A DNA stretch of 64,000 nt from an uncultured Eubacteriales bacterium (GCA_934446675.1 CAKSEL010000002.1:44386-108385); one strand, 5' to 3'. Shown: positions 19,401 to 28,441, counted from the first letter of the stretch. Translations and numbers: made by a program. Notes: generated by a model from the letters alone, not told the origin.

Positions 19401-21128
19401 CATTATCGCCTCGTCGGTAGTGCCTGTTTTGAACACTGCCATATCTTCCGCAGCACCCGACGCAAAGCCGTATGTACCCGCTGTCTGATTTGCAATTATT
19501 ACCTGATTTGTCTTAGCGGCAATATCGGTAATGATTTTTATGTAGGACATCTTGCCGGAAACCGGCTTTATTCCGGTTGCCTTTTCGGTGCCTTTTTCAA
19601 CAACGTAAAACTCGCCGTTCTTTGTGAATACCTTATAAACCTCTGCTCCGGTAGAGCCGAGAGTTTCCATATACCAGCCGTCAACACCGGAATTGAACTT
19701 AACTCCGAGAACCGTAGTTACAACGCCTGCGTCCTGAACGGTAAGGGTACGTGTAAGAGTTACGGGTTCCTTATCGCTCATGTCCGAAAGGTTATACGGA
19801 GGTTCGTCGGCAGACTTAGGCATACCGCCGCGGATATCGTAATCCCAGCCGGACTGAATTGTTGTTTTAACGGTATTTCTCGCCGTTGAGCTGCCGTCGT
19901 CAACTATATAGTACGCGCTGTCGGGATTTACCTTTACGGCAAGATCCTTATCAAGTCTGCGTTCGGGATTTGCAATACGCTCGACGATCGCCGCAACCTC
20001 GCTGCGCGCGATATTGGAATCGGGATTGAAAGTTCCGTAGATGTCGTTACCCATGCAGATACCTGCGTTATAGAGCAGGAATACCGCCTTTGAATAGGAC
20101 GCGCTGTCTGCAACGTCGGGAATATAGGTAACGTAGTTGATTGCCTCAAAGCACTCTTCGGGAAGAGCCGCAGCAAAGAGGCTTACCATCTCGCTTCTCT
20201 TTATGGGACGGTCGTAGCTGTCAAAGTCGCCGTCTTTAAGGAAGCCTTCCTTCTTTGCGTAATCAACGTAGTTTGAATACCACTTTGCACCGCTGCTCAT
20301 GACTGCTATCTTTTCAGCTTCGCCGTCGCCTTTCTGCGTGCTGTGCATTCTTGCTGCAAGCGTAACAGCCTCCGCAACCGTCATTGTACCCTTGGGGTTA
20401 TATGCAGTGTCGCTGCTGCCGTTTACGAGTGCGTACTCATATGCGTTTGAAACAGCGTCATAGAACCAGTCCTTTGAGGTTACGTCGGTAAAGCTGTCGC
20501 CGTACTTTCTGGTCTTTGCAAATTTGGATTCGACCGGCGTCTTGGTCGTTTCGGGAATATCCGTTATCTTTTCTTCGTCCGTAAGAACGATTCTCTTTAC
20601 CGGTTCGCCCTTTACAAAACGCATATTTCTGATAGAGGCGGTTCCCTTTACTCTTGTGAAAGAGTAAAACATTCCGGTTACGGTGCCCTCCCAATCGGGG
20701 TGAGAGCCCATATCGAAAGTATATTCGGTATATTTGTCATTCTTTTCCGCAAGAGCTGCGTTTACTTTTTTACCCTCTGAATAAGAAGGGTTCTTATCGG
20801 TCTTGAAATATATCGACTGAGCCATTGCGACTCCTTCCTGACAATTTACAAGATCGTTCTTGATTTCGAGCTTAATGTATCTGTAATCTTCCGCATTGAT
20901 TTTGAAATCTTTGAAGAACATTGCAGGAGATTCATTTTTGTCGTTCGGTCCTTTAATGTTTGTTAAATTGAGCGCACCGCCGGAAAATTCGGCGTCTATC
21001 TGTCTGTAACTTCCGACAGCAGTGGCAAGATCAACTGCCAGTTCGTCGTCAGCCGCAAAACTTACAAGCTCGAAAACTCCGAAAATGCACGCAGCCGCCA
21101 AAATTACGGCCAAAAGCTTTTTTGTCAT
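16431..21128 (-). CDS. Giant SLH-anchored secreted protein with a GH99-like/WbsX-like domain and repeated uncharacterised modules
   Basis: Start taken at MTKKLLAVILAAAC (ATG at 21128, RBS aaaggagag, signal peptide). Three SLH-like repeats (FTDVTSKDWFYDAV..., KWYSNYVDYAKKEGF..., IPDVADSASYSKAV...). WbsX-like block (YYIGMNVCNLWRNGYHWGWDNI...VLGWYDEG). Copper-amine-oxidase-N-like stalk region. Confidence 0.75.
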   Translation of the reverse strand: MTKKLLAVILAAACIFGVFELVSFAADDELAVDLATAVGSYRQIDAEFSGGALNLTNIKGPNDKNESPAMFFKDFKINAEDYRYIKLEIKNDLVNCQEGVAMAQSIYFKTDKNPSYSEGKKVNAALAEKNDKYTEYTFDMGSHPDWEGTVTGMFYSFTRVKGTASIRNMRFVKGEPVKRIVLTDEEKITDIPETTKTPVESKFAKTRKYGDSFTDVTSKDWFYDAVSNAYEYALVNGSSDTAYNPKGTMTVAEAVTLAARMHSTQKGDGEAEKIAVMSSGAKWYSNYVDYAKKEGFLKDGDFDSYDRPIKRSEMVSLFAAALPEECFEAINYVTYIPDVADSASYSKAVFLLYNAGICMGNDIYGTFNPDSNIARSEVAAIVERIANPERRLDKDLAVKVNPDSAYYIVDDGSSTARNTVKTTIQSGWDYDIRGGMPKSADEPPYNLSDMSDKEPVTLTRTLTVQDAGVVTTVLGVKFNSGVDGWYMETLGSTGAEVYKVFTKNGEFYVVEKGTEKATGIKPVSGKMSYIKIITDIAAKTNQVIIANQTAGTYGFASGAAEDMAVFKTGTTDEAIMDTSISTLKMYCNYLVNEYIVDSVIPYDWKNEHSGSMKVEATGGEFVFSGETGKASLTKSFKASSGEIEAQLIMLYPEMADGATIALTSGGTPVVSFTTKDGKMYANGKELREYSEYMWYMVRINANTDKQTAEIKVSGKSVAKDIPFAVKADTLDGIYISSEDNGGKKLRIDDIVVEKIPEYTNYPSEPKVPAGADDYYIGMNVCNLWRNGYHWGWDNISPYDENKPVLGWYDEGLPEVADWEIKFMAEHGIDFQLICWYHSSESPMKTFYGSTPDALFKGFMNAKYSDKYGKFALLWEAANGRKPRNLEEFKTCFVDFWVEYFFSDPRYMVVDNKLIMSIFGSGDLATYMGGDDKVKEAFDYLRTRVKEMGYDDIIIMACEGSSNPGTLTRLHNMGIDAVHAYNWGTNGYSAEINQQNISDQQKNGIGIIHNVPTVSTGFNNIAWAYTRHRQLTTDNMEQVLTWIRDKALGKFEVTGKDDAWKQKLVMLSTWNEYGEGTYMMPAGLNGFGYLDTVRKVFTKGTAHTDERPDNLQQARLEHLYPLNRELIRPEGYYESPELTKVVFEEKFASNGQALWENANCEVQAEGDILVGTATNTDPILGSKMPNGAFSASDVKQVKVWVDGPVGDSVEIYFQTEADQTWTAKKGTSARITKEGMNPVLIKLDTVATWTGTITAFRVDPITSKNSFRIEKIQFLGEDINEKLCINGREPSFTMSTVNVENDMLIPFFPDTGIGYSLGTAYTWDKVNKKLTLVKNNKTVVFTMGSDRVTVNGEPQKLGFEVYLEDGIPMIPIHFLVKTFGFVTKTYQKDGMNYFDVITLDEKTYNELNNRVENQWEFNIPGDSEGWTIASATATVTEGNFYGNDTDLQTGWNGRYDPALSSPALSFAANNYKTLKIRMKHEIQVDKTDENNGEFKLVVYFKSSAGGLAESRTFRADLEKSSNGEYIEYTFNLADHKDWTGTISQIRVDPFNNVPGEFWIDYIRFEK

Positions 21129-21636
21129 CTGGATTTTTCTCTCCTTTTTGATTTTTCCCCGCAAACGGCAAAAAATTAAACCGCGCTTTGTTTTCCGCCT
21201 TGTGACGCCGTGCGAAAGCAACAAAACAACAGTGTCTTTCCGTCCTTTGGTATATACAATTATATCAAAAAAGCGCTGCCGTGTAAAGACATTTTGCAAA
21301 CTCCGGAAAAATTAGTCGTTTTGAATAATTTAAGGTTTTTTTGTTGTTTAGTTTAGACAAAGAACCGTTTTTGCAGTCCGCAATTCTGTTATAGTGACAG
21401 CAAAATAGTACAAGTCGGCGATTAATTTGCCAACATATCCAAAAAATTCACAAATACATTCCGCTTTTTATTTTTTACAAAAATTGTATCAAATTATTGA
21501 CATTTTTTTAATACAGTGATAAAATATTCTCACGGAACATACGGCAAATAACAACGGAAGGAGATGTCCGCACTTGAAGAATATGCCATATGCCCCGATA
21601 ATACAACATAATGAAGAAAACCCGGAGGTAACAAAC

Positions 21637-22560
21637 TTGTTTAAGATACTCAAAAGAGCCTCGGCTCTCACAATCGCACTCGCAGCAGCCATTGCGCTCA
21701 CATCATGCGGTACAGATACCGAAACAGGAAAGAACGACGGCGAGATAACCCCGAACAACGCCGAGCTTTCGGTAAGCGAAATATTTGAAAAGGCTATGGA
21801 AAATACCGCGTCCATAAAGAGCGCGTCCTACTCGATAGGAATGGACATGGAAATGTCCAGCGAAGGAACCGATTTCAGCATAGCTACAACAGGAAATATC
21901 AAAATGACAGCCGATCCGATGGAATACGAGATGACGCTTGATATGGACATGGGCGAAGAAATAGGCTCCATGACGACCACCTCGTACCTTGTAAACGAGG
22001 ACGGCAAGCAGGTTCTTTACAGCGGCGTTGTTTATGGCGGAGAGACCTTCTGGAGCAAGCAGTATGACGCAACCCTCGATTCTTTTGAGCAGTACAACGC
22101 AATGGAAAACATTGAAATGTACCTTGAAAACGCCGAATCCTTCAAGGAAAACGGCACGGACGATATAAACGGAACCGAAGCCGTAAGATACGACGGTACC
22201 ATAACAGGCGAAAGCCTTGAAAACGCAATAAACAGCACTCTCGGAGATCTCGGCACATCTATCGACGGCACAGATTTAAGCGCGTCGGAGATTTTCAACG
22301 GCATCGGAGATCTTACACTCAGCGTATGGATCGACAAGGAAACGCTTACCGTAAGAAAGTACGAGATGGATATGTCGGAGATCATGTCAAAGCTGTTTGA
22401 GAATATGTCGGCAGACGACGAATCGCTTGCAGGCATTGACGTGTCAAAGGTATTCTTATCAATGACCGTAAGCAGCTACAACGACATAGATTCCATCACC
22501 GTTCCCGACGACGTAAAATCGGCGGCAGAACAAACAGATCTCTACGGCGACGTAGGCTGA
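21637..22560 (+). CDS. Acidic lipoprotein, unknown function
   Basis: TTG start 7 nt after ggaggt gives LFKILKRASALTIALAAAIALTSCG, with lipobox LTSC. The track start at 21574 lacks an RBS. Confidence 0.6.
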   Translation: MFKILKRASALTIALAAAIALTSCGTDTETGKNDGEITPNNAELSVSEIFEKAMENTASIKSASYSIGMDMEMSSEGTDFSIATTGNIKMTADPMEYEMTLDMDMGEEIGSMTTTSYLVNEDGKQVLYSGVVYGGETFWSKQYDATLDSFEQYNAMENIEMYLENAESFKENGTDDINGTEAVRYDGTITGESLENAINSTLGDLGTSIDGTDLSASEIFNGIGDLTLSVWIDKETLTVRKYEMDMSEIMSKLFENMSADDESLAGIDVSKVFLSMTVSSYNDIDSITVPDDVKSAAEQTDLYGDVG

Positions 22561-22713
22561 TTGTAAATATAAAAAATATTTTTTCACGGTCGTACAATGC
22601 GGCCGTGTTTTTTTATTTCAAAATGCAAAACAAAATACATTGATTTTGGCGCGCCGGCATGGTATACTTTTAGACGCACGGTATCAAACCGCTGCAAGGA
22701 GGAACATTATATA

Positions 22714-23841
22714 ATGAATGAAAAAGAACTGCGCGAGATAAAAAGGCGCTTTAATCCGGATAAATCAAACATTTCGGCAATAAAAGGCTGTCTTGTAAAC
22801 GAGAAACGCGAGATAGTCACAAAATTCTCCCAATCCGTCGCGCTTTCGGGTGCGGAAGAAACGGAGGAGCTTCTGGCGCTTATGAAAAAGGTGCTTACGG
22901 GCAGCCTCGGAGCAAACCTTATAGACATTGCCTTTGACACGGACGACACCGTAAACGGCGACGAACACGGGCTGCTCACCGCGCTAAAAACATCGGGACT
23001 CTGCGACGAAAACGCACTTGACGAATTCTATCACAGAGCCGCGGAGGTCGTACACATCGACGGCAACTTCGTAATACTGCTTGCAAACGACAAGTACGAC
23101 GTATTCAATTATTCCGGCGACGGTCAGCGCGAGGAGGAATCCTCAAGCACATACAACTACATAGTCTGCGCAATATGTCCGATAAAACTCACAAAGCCTG
23201 CGCTTTCGTTTCAGTCTTACGACAACGCCTTTCACACCCTTGCGGCAAACTCCGTCGTATCGCGTCCCGAAAACGGCTTTCTCTTCCCTGCCTTTGACGA
23301 CAGGCGCGAAAACATCTACAACGCGCTCTACTACACGCGCGACATCACTGCCGACAACACCGAGTTCGTAAGCAGAATTTTCAAGTCAAAGCCGCCCATG
23401 CCTGCCGCAGCGCAAAAGCAGACCTTCGGCACCTGCCTTGCCGAAACCGTTGCCGAAGAATGTGACTTTGAGGTTCTCAAATCCGTACACTCCCAGATAA
23501 ACGAGATGATAGAGGAACATAAGAACACAAAGGACACAGAACCTCTTGTAATGACAAAGGAGACCCTGAAGGACGTACTGCTTTCGGGCGGCGTATCCGA
23601 AGAAAAGGTTGAAAAGTTCGGCGCAAAATTTGAAAAAGAGTTCGGCGCAAACACGCCTCTGCCGCCGAAAAATCTCATAAACACCAAAAAATTCGAGCTT
23701 ACCTTGCCCGACGTCACCATTAACGTAAATCCCGAACGCAGCGACCTTATAACAACTCAGGTTATAAACGGCGTAGAGTACATACTTATCCGCGCACAGG
23801 AAGGCGTGGAGGTAAACGGCGTAAATATAAGCATAAAGTAA
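22714..23841 (+). CDS. DUF4317-like protein
   Basis: Start MNEKELREIKRRFNPDKSNI after aggagg. The N-terminal pattern and size (375 aa) recall DUF4317. Assignment is from memory. Confidence 0.5.
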   Translation: MNEKELREIKRRFNPDKSNISAIKGCLVNEKREIVTKFSQSVALSGAEETEELLALMKKVLTGSLGANLIDIAFDTDDTVNGDEHGLLTALKTSGLCDENALDEFYHRAAEVVHIDGNFVILLANDKYDVFNYSGDGQREEESSSTYNYIVCAICPIKLTKPALSFQSYDNAFHTLAANSVVSRPENGFLFPAFDDRRENIYNALYYTRDITADNTEFVSRIFKSKPPMPAAAQKQTFGTCLAETVAEECDFEVLKSVHSQINEMIEEHKNTKDTEPLVMTKETLKDVLLSGGVSEEKVEKFGAKFEKEFGANTPLPPKNLINTKKFELTLPDVTINVNPERSDLITTQVINGVEYILIRAQEGVEVNGVNISIK

Positions 23842-23947
23842 AGCACGGTATATTTATACGATATTGATATTTTGCTATACGTTTTTTATGGATTTACCCG
23901 GAATTCTATGTTAAAATAGAAAAAAAGCGCAAACGGGGTGACGCAGA

Positions 23948-24841
23948 ATGCTTGAAGAAAAGATCTATCACGATTTAAAGCAGGCTGATTGCAACTACTA
24001 CGAAACAGACGCCGAAAAGAACGAGTATGCCAATCCGGTGTTTATGTCCTGTGCGATGCACACTCACAACTACAACGAACTGTGCATTGTGACGCAGGGA
24101 GATTCTAAGATAATTTCGCCGTCGAGCATATCTCATCTTGAAGGCTGCTTTCTCATCTTTTATCCGGCGTATCTTCCGCATATGCAGATAAACCGCCTTG
24201 AAAACGGTTACAAGCGTTATCTTATACGTTACGATTCAAACCTTGTAAATTCATCGTTTCTGACACCTGTCGCTTACAGTTTTGTCACGGGCGCCTCTGA
24301 CGTAATAAGCCTTGCGCTTGACAAAAACGCATATGAAACGATACTTCCGGCAGTATCGCTGTTCAACCGGCTGTGCAAAGACAAACATTCGCAAAACAAC
24401 ACCCAGAACCGCGCTCTTATACTGTCGGTCATACTTAATTTTGTTTCGGACGCCATAAACGAATGCGGCGGGCTTGAGATAAAATCAAGCAGATACGCGT
24501 ACATCGGAAAAGTTTTATCGCACATTTCGGAAAACTACGAGAAAAAGATGAGCGCGGCAATGCTTGCCGACAAATTTTATGTGAGCCGCGCAAAGCTTAT
24601 GAACGATTTTCGCCGTATAACCGGAGAAACGCTTGCGGATTACATAACAAAGGTACGTCTTGAACACGCGGCAATACTGCTCTGCGGCAGCGAAAGCCTT
24701 TCGGAAATATCCGAAAAATGCGGCTTTTCGAGCGTGAGCTATTTTGTCAACCGTTTCGGCAGGGTTTACGGCACAACTCCGCTGAAATACCGCAAAGACA
24801 AGACGCTTTACAATTTTGACAAGTCCTTCGGCGGCGAATAA
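23948..24841 (+). CDS. AraC family transcriptional regulator
   Basis: 297 aa. Cupin-like N-terminus and a C-terminal double HTH (MSAAMLADKFYVSRAKLMNDFRR..., CGFSSVSYFVNRFGRVYGTTPLKYR). Confidence 0.85.
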   Translation: MLEEKIYHDLKQADCNYYETDAEKNEYANPVFMSCAMHTHNYNELCIVTQGDSKIISPSSISHLEGCFLIFYPAYLPHMQINRLENGYKRYLIRYDSNLVNSSFLTPVAYSFVTGASDVISLALDKNAYETILPAVSLFNRLCKDKHSQNNTQNRALILSVILNFVSDAINECGGLEIKSSRYAYIGKVLSHISENYEKKMSAAMLADKFYVSRAKLMNDFRRITGETLADYITKVRLEHAAILLCGSESLSEISEKCGFSSVSYFVNRFGRVYGTTPLKYRKDKTLYNFDKSFGGE

Positions 24842-24923
24842 CAAAACTCCCGTCAAACAAAATCTTAAAGAAAAAGCTAAGCACGCTCAGAAAACGTACT
24901 TAGCCTTATTTTTTGCGGGAATC

Positions 24924-25166
24924 TTACTTTATCTCCTGTTCTATATCCGAAAATGTTTCGCAGTTGAAAAAGTCGATTATGCTTATTTCAAGCCCGTCGC
25001 AAATCTTCTGCACCGTCGATACCGTGGTGCTGTTGTTTCTCCCCCCGACTATATTTCCGAGAGTTGACTGCGTTATTCCGCTCATTACTGCAAGCTTATT
25101 TACCGTTATCCCTCTTTGCCCGCACAATTCAAGAATACGCTTTGTTACAGCTTCTTTAATAGTCAT
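24924..25166 (-). CDS. XRE family HTH transcriptional regulator
   Basis: 80 aa. HTH_3 pattern (LAVMSGITQSTLGNIVGGR). Confidence 0.8.
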   Translation of the reverse strand: MTIKEAVTKRILELCGQRGITVNKLAVMSGITQSTLGNIVGGRNNSTTVSTVQKICDGLEISIIDFFNCETFSDIEQEIK

Positions 25167-25272
25167 GTTCCCTCTCTTAAAATTTAGTTGTATAAATATA
25201 ATACCCCCTTTTGAGTTTAAAACTTAACCCAAAAGAGTTGACAAGAGGGATAATTTATGTTATTATAATTAC

Positions 25273-25386
25273 GGCGGTGCTGTTAGATATCCATATTTTT
25301 TACTTCAGGTACTGATTTTTCGCTGAAAGCGGCATCGTCTTTCCTATTAAGTGGGGGCTGTATTCGGGAAAATGCAGCCCTTTTTA
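25273..25386 (+). ncRNA. Candidate small RNA (orphan promoter-terminator unit)
   Basis: TTGACA (25238-25243), 17 nt, then TGtTATTAT (extended -10, 25258-25266). About 110 nt downstream there is an 8-bp terminator stem gggctgta/tgcagccc (25355-25380) plus ttttt. No RBS-preceded ORF. No downstream plus-strand gene. Confidence 0.4.
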
Positions 25387-25393
25387 TATTTTA

Positions 25394-25441
25394 AAGCAAA
25401 AAAACAAAGTCCGGCATGAAATTTAAATTCACATCGGACTT
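25394..25441 (-). terminator. Intrinsic terminator of tsf
   Basis: Stem aagtccg/cggactt with a T-run on the minus strand. Confidence 0.7.
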
Positions 25442-25512
25442 ATTATTTTCATGAAAAATTTACACTGTAAAAAGTGAAATTATCGGAAAATTATGCTCTT
25501 ATCGGAAAACTA

Positions 25513-26430
25513 TTACTGCTTGCCGGTGAGCTTTGCGATTTCTTCAGCGAAGTTATCTTCGCGCTTTTCAAGACCTTCGCCCTTTTCGTAGCGTACAAAT
25601 CCCTTAACGGTAACGTTTCCGCCTGCTGCCTTTGCTGCGTCTGCAACATACTTTGCAACGGATTCCTTATCGCCCTTAACGTATTCCTGTTCCATAAGGC
25701 AGTTTGTCTCATAGAACTTGCCGAGCTTTCCGTTAACCATCATCTGGAGAACCTTCTCGGGCTTGTTTGCGTTCTTTTCGTCATTCTTGATCTGAGCGAG
25801 AACAATCTCCTTCTCGGCGTCAACAGCCTCTGCGGGAACGTTGTCCTTATCAAGGTACTTCGGGCTCATTGCTGCTGCCTGAAGTGCAAGGTTCTTGAAA
25901 ATTTCCTTTGCTGCGTCTTCGGAAGTGGTAGCTTCGCCGTATACGATTACGCCGATAGTGCCGCCGCCGTGTACATAGGAATTTGCAAGTCCTTCAACGA
26001 TGGTGAAACGTCTGATGGAGAGCTTTTCGCCTATCTGGAATATCTTATCCTTGAGTATAGCCTCAACGGTGTCGTCGGTACCTACGTACTTTGCTGCGAG
26101 AAGTGCGTCTACGTCAGCAGGCTTTACTGCAAGTATGGTCTTGAGAAGATCCTTTACAAAGTTTCTGAAAGTTTCGTTCTTTGCAACGAAGTCTGTCTCG
26201 GAGTTTACTTCGATCATGGCGGTGAGATTGCCCTCGGAAAGTATGTCTACGATACCTTCGGCAGCAATTCTGCTTGCCTTTTTCTCTGCAACGGCAAGTC
26301 CCTTCTCGCGAAGAATCTTAACTGCTTCTTCCTTATCGCCGTTTGCTTCGGTGAGTGCCTTTTTGCACTCCATCATGCCTATACCGGTCTGCGCGCGCAG
26401 CTCGGATACGTCCTTAGCTGTAAAGTTCAT
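25513..26430 (-). CDS. tsf: Translation elongation factor Ts
   Basis: 305 aa. N-terminal UBA-like motif (VSELRAQTGIGMMECKKALTEANGD). Confidence 0.95.
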   Translation of the reverse strand: MNFTAKDVSELRAQTGIGMMECKKALTEANGDKEEAVKILREKGLAVAEKKASRIAAEGIVDILSEGNLTAMIEVNSETDFVAKNETFRNFVKDLLKTILAVKPADVDALLAAKYVGTDDTVEAILKDKIFQIGEKLSIRRFTIVEGLANSYVHGGGTIGVIVYGEATTSEDAAKEIFKNLALQAAAMSPKYLDKDNVPAEAVDAEKEIVLAQIKNDEKNANKPEKVLQMMVNGKLGKFYETNCLMEQEYVKGDKESVAKYVADAAKAAGGNVTVKGFVRYEKGEGLEKREDNFAEEIAKLTGKQ

Positions 26431-26465
26431 TTTTAATCCTCCCGTTTAAACGTGATTTTCTGTAA

Positions 26466-27209
26466 TTATTCTGCTGCTTCGTCAGCGGCGTCTTCGGACT
26501 TCTCATCTTCAGCGCCGGTGAACTGTTCGCCCTGCTTGCCTTCGAGAACGGCGTCTGCCATTACGGAGAGTATGAGCTTGATGCCGCGGATTGCGTCATC
26601 GTTACCGGGAATTACATAATCTACTTCATCGGGATCGCAGTTGGTATCTACGATAGCAACAACCGGAATACCGAGTTTCTTTGCTTCAGCTACTGCGTTC
26701 TTTTCCTTCTTGGGGTCTACTACGAACATTGCGGAGGGAAGTCCCTTCATGTTCTTGATACCGCCGAGGTTTCTCTCGAGGTCGTTTATTTCCTTAACGA
26801 GCGAAATTACTTCTTTCTTGGGGAGAAGCTCAAATGTTCCGTCGTCTTCCATTCTGTGGAGTGCGTTAAGACGAGCTATGCTCTTCTTGATGGTCTTGAA
26901 GTTGGTAAGCATACCGCCGAGCCATCTCATGTTTACATAGTAGCAGCCTGCTCTTTCAGCCTCTTCCTTAATCGCGTCGGAAGCCTGCTTCTTTGTACCT
27001 ACGAAAAGAATGTCGCCGCCGTCCATAGAGATCTCTCTGATGAACATATAAGCTTCTTCGAGCTTCTTTACGGTCTTCTGAAGGTCGATGATATATACAC
27101 CGTTTCTTTCAGTGAAGATGTACTCAGCCATTTTAGGGTTCCATCTTCTTGTGTGATGTCCGAAATGGACGCCTGCTTCAAGCAGCTGCTTCATTGATAC
27201 TACTGACAT
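26466..27209 (-). CDS. rpsB: 30S ribosomal protein S2
   Basis: 247 aa. [22 protein letters not shown]. Acidic C-terminal tail. Canonical rpsB-tsf order. Confidence 0.95.
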   Translation of the reverse strand: MSVVSMKQLLEAGVHFGHHTRRWNPKMAEYIFTERNGVYIIDLQKTVKKLEEAYMFIREISMDGGDILFVGTKKQASDAIKEEAERAGCYYVNMRWLGGMLTNFKTIKKSIARLNALHRMEDDGTFELLPKKEVISLVKEINDLERNLGGIKNMKGLPSAMFVVDPKKEKNAVAEAKKLGIPVVAIVDTNCDPDEVDYVIPGNDDAIRGIKLILSVMADAVLEGKQGEQFTGAEDEKSEDAADEAAE

Positions 27210-27431
27210 TTTTCATGTCCTCCTTTAGGTTTTTTCCACCACGCACGACCTTAGTACGGCAAATCCGGGTATTTCCGGACACCTTACCGCAAATACGCAC
27301 GTGTGTGTGATAAAAATAAATTAAAAATACCGTCGGGCACAGCCCAACGGTTGATATTATAACACAATATGCTTATCAATTAAAGTCTGCTTTGGCGTTA
27401 TTTACATTTTTTTTACATTTACTTTGCCATT

Positions 27432-27890
27432 TCATCTGCCTCTGTGCCGTTTTGAGCCTGAACCTGCCGCAGACATTCTTACGCCGATAACAGCCGCGGC
27501 AATTACGCAAAGGCAGAGTGCGCTCCTGTAAACAATGCCGTGCTCCGACGCGGGAAACACAAGCGACACCGCAAACAGCACCGCAAGAAATACAGCGCCG
27601 CAAAGAGCACCTGTGCCGAGAGACGCATTTTTGCCGAGTTTTCCCGACGCAAAACCTCCGGCGAGCGACGAAACCGCAGCGCATACAAATCCGACCGGTG
27701 CAAACAGCCTTCCGGGATCCGAATTATTTTTAAGCACGCACGCGCATAATATGAGCAGCAAAATCCAAAGCAGTGCCGACACCGCCGTTCCGAGACACGC
27801 CGATTTTGCCATGCCCGTACCTGTCCCCGCAGCGCCCGGAGCATTTTTAAAGACTTTTCCGGTCTTTCTTTTCTTTTTCAAGTTCAGCAC
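27432..27890 (-). CDS. Small integral membrane protein, unknown function
   Basis: 152 aa, Gly/Ala-rich with 3-4 TM helices. The alternative overlapping frames are basic and low-complexity, so I treat them as spurious. Confidence 0.5.
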   Translation of the reverse strand: MLNLKKKRKTGKVFKNAPGAAGTGTGMAKSACLGTAVSALLWILLLILCACVLKNNSDPGRLFAPVGFVCAAVSSLAGGFASGKLGKNASLGTGALCGAVFLAVLFAVSLVFPASEHGIVYRSALCLCVIAAAVIGVRMSAAGSGSKRHRGR

Positions 27891-28045
27891 CTCCGTTACG
27901 GTATCAATATATGCGCCGTTTTACGAACAAAGAACCCGATTTTGATTATTTTGCAAAATGCCGTTCCCAAAAAAGAAGTACGGCACGCTTTTATTCACGT
28001 ACCGTACAGTTTGCGACATAACATAATATTGCCGTGGGGCATCAT

Positions 28046-28441
28046 TTACTGTTTTTCCTCAGGCTTTTTAACTCCGGTTACTTTGTATCCGCCCTTGGGA
28101 GCCTTTGTATCTCCGTTTTTGAGGTCAACCGTTGAGATTGCCGAACGTCTTACGCGGATCTTGTTTCTGTCGGCGCCGGTTTCGATAGTGATAACGTCGT
28201 CCTTGATGTGGGTAACTCTGCCGATAATTCCGCCGATAGTGGTGATTTCGTCGCCGACTTCAAGAGAATTTCTCAGAGCCGCTGCTTCTTTTTCCTGCTT
28301 TTTCTGAGGTCTTATCATAAAGAAATAGAAAAAAGCCACGATTGCAACGATATAAATTATCATAACTACCGCGGAGTTTGCTCCGCCCTGCGTTCCGGTG
28401 CTTTCGGCAGCCGCGTCGAGCGCATAAAACATATTCTGCAT
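28046..28441 (-). CDS. yajC: Preprotein translocase subunit YajC
   Basis: A single TM helix followed by IRPQKKQEKE...LEVGDEITTIGGIIGRV. Confidence 0.85.
   Translation of the reverse strand: MQNMFYALDAAAESTGTQGGANSAVVMIIYIVAIVAFFYFFMIRPQKKQEKEAAALRNSLEVGDEITTIGGIIGRVTHIKDDVITIETGADRNKIRVRRSAISTVDLKNGDTKAPKGGYKVTGVKKPEEKQ

Noticed and set aside
21129-21299. A 57-codon N-terminal extension of the giant ORF.
   Set aside because: An internal ATG at 21128 has a strong RBS and starts a canonical signal peptide. The extension is basic junk overlapping the promoter region.
25474-26436. A 320-aa plus-strand ORF antisense to tsf.
   Set aside because: It is the mirror frame of a highly conserved gene, with Cys/Leu-rich nonsense composition. 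The same reasoning applies to 9689-10447 (anti-vat), 42270-42944 and 42415-43017 (anti-argB), 43321-43932 (anti-argD), 61331-62236 (anti-livH), 37692-38291 (anti-argG) and 18048-19889 (antisense to the giant gene).
27212-27250. A small uORF (atgaaaaatgtcagtagtatcaatgaagcagctgcttga) overlapping the rpsB start.
   Set aside because: Its ATG is only 3 nt from the Shine-Dalgarno sequence that properly serves the rpsB ATG at 27209. It is out of frame and unlikely to be initiated.
27432-27945. Several overlapping 70-136-aa ORFs in both strands around the small membrane protein gene.
   Set aside because: They are Arg/Cys-rich low-complexity translations of a GC-rich Gly/Ala-coding gene. Only the 152-aa hydrophobic frame looks like a real protein.
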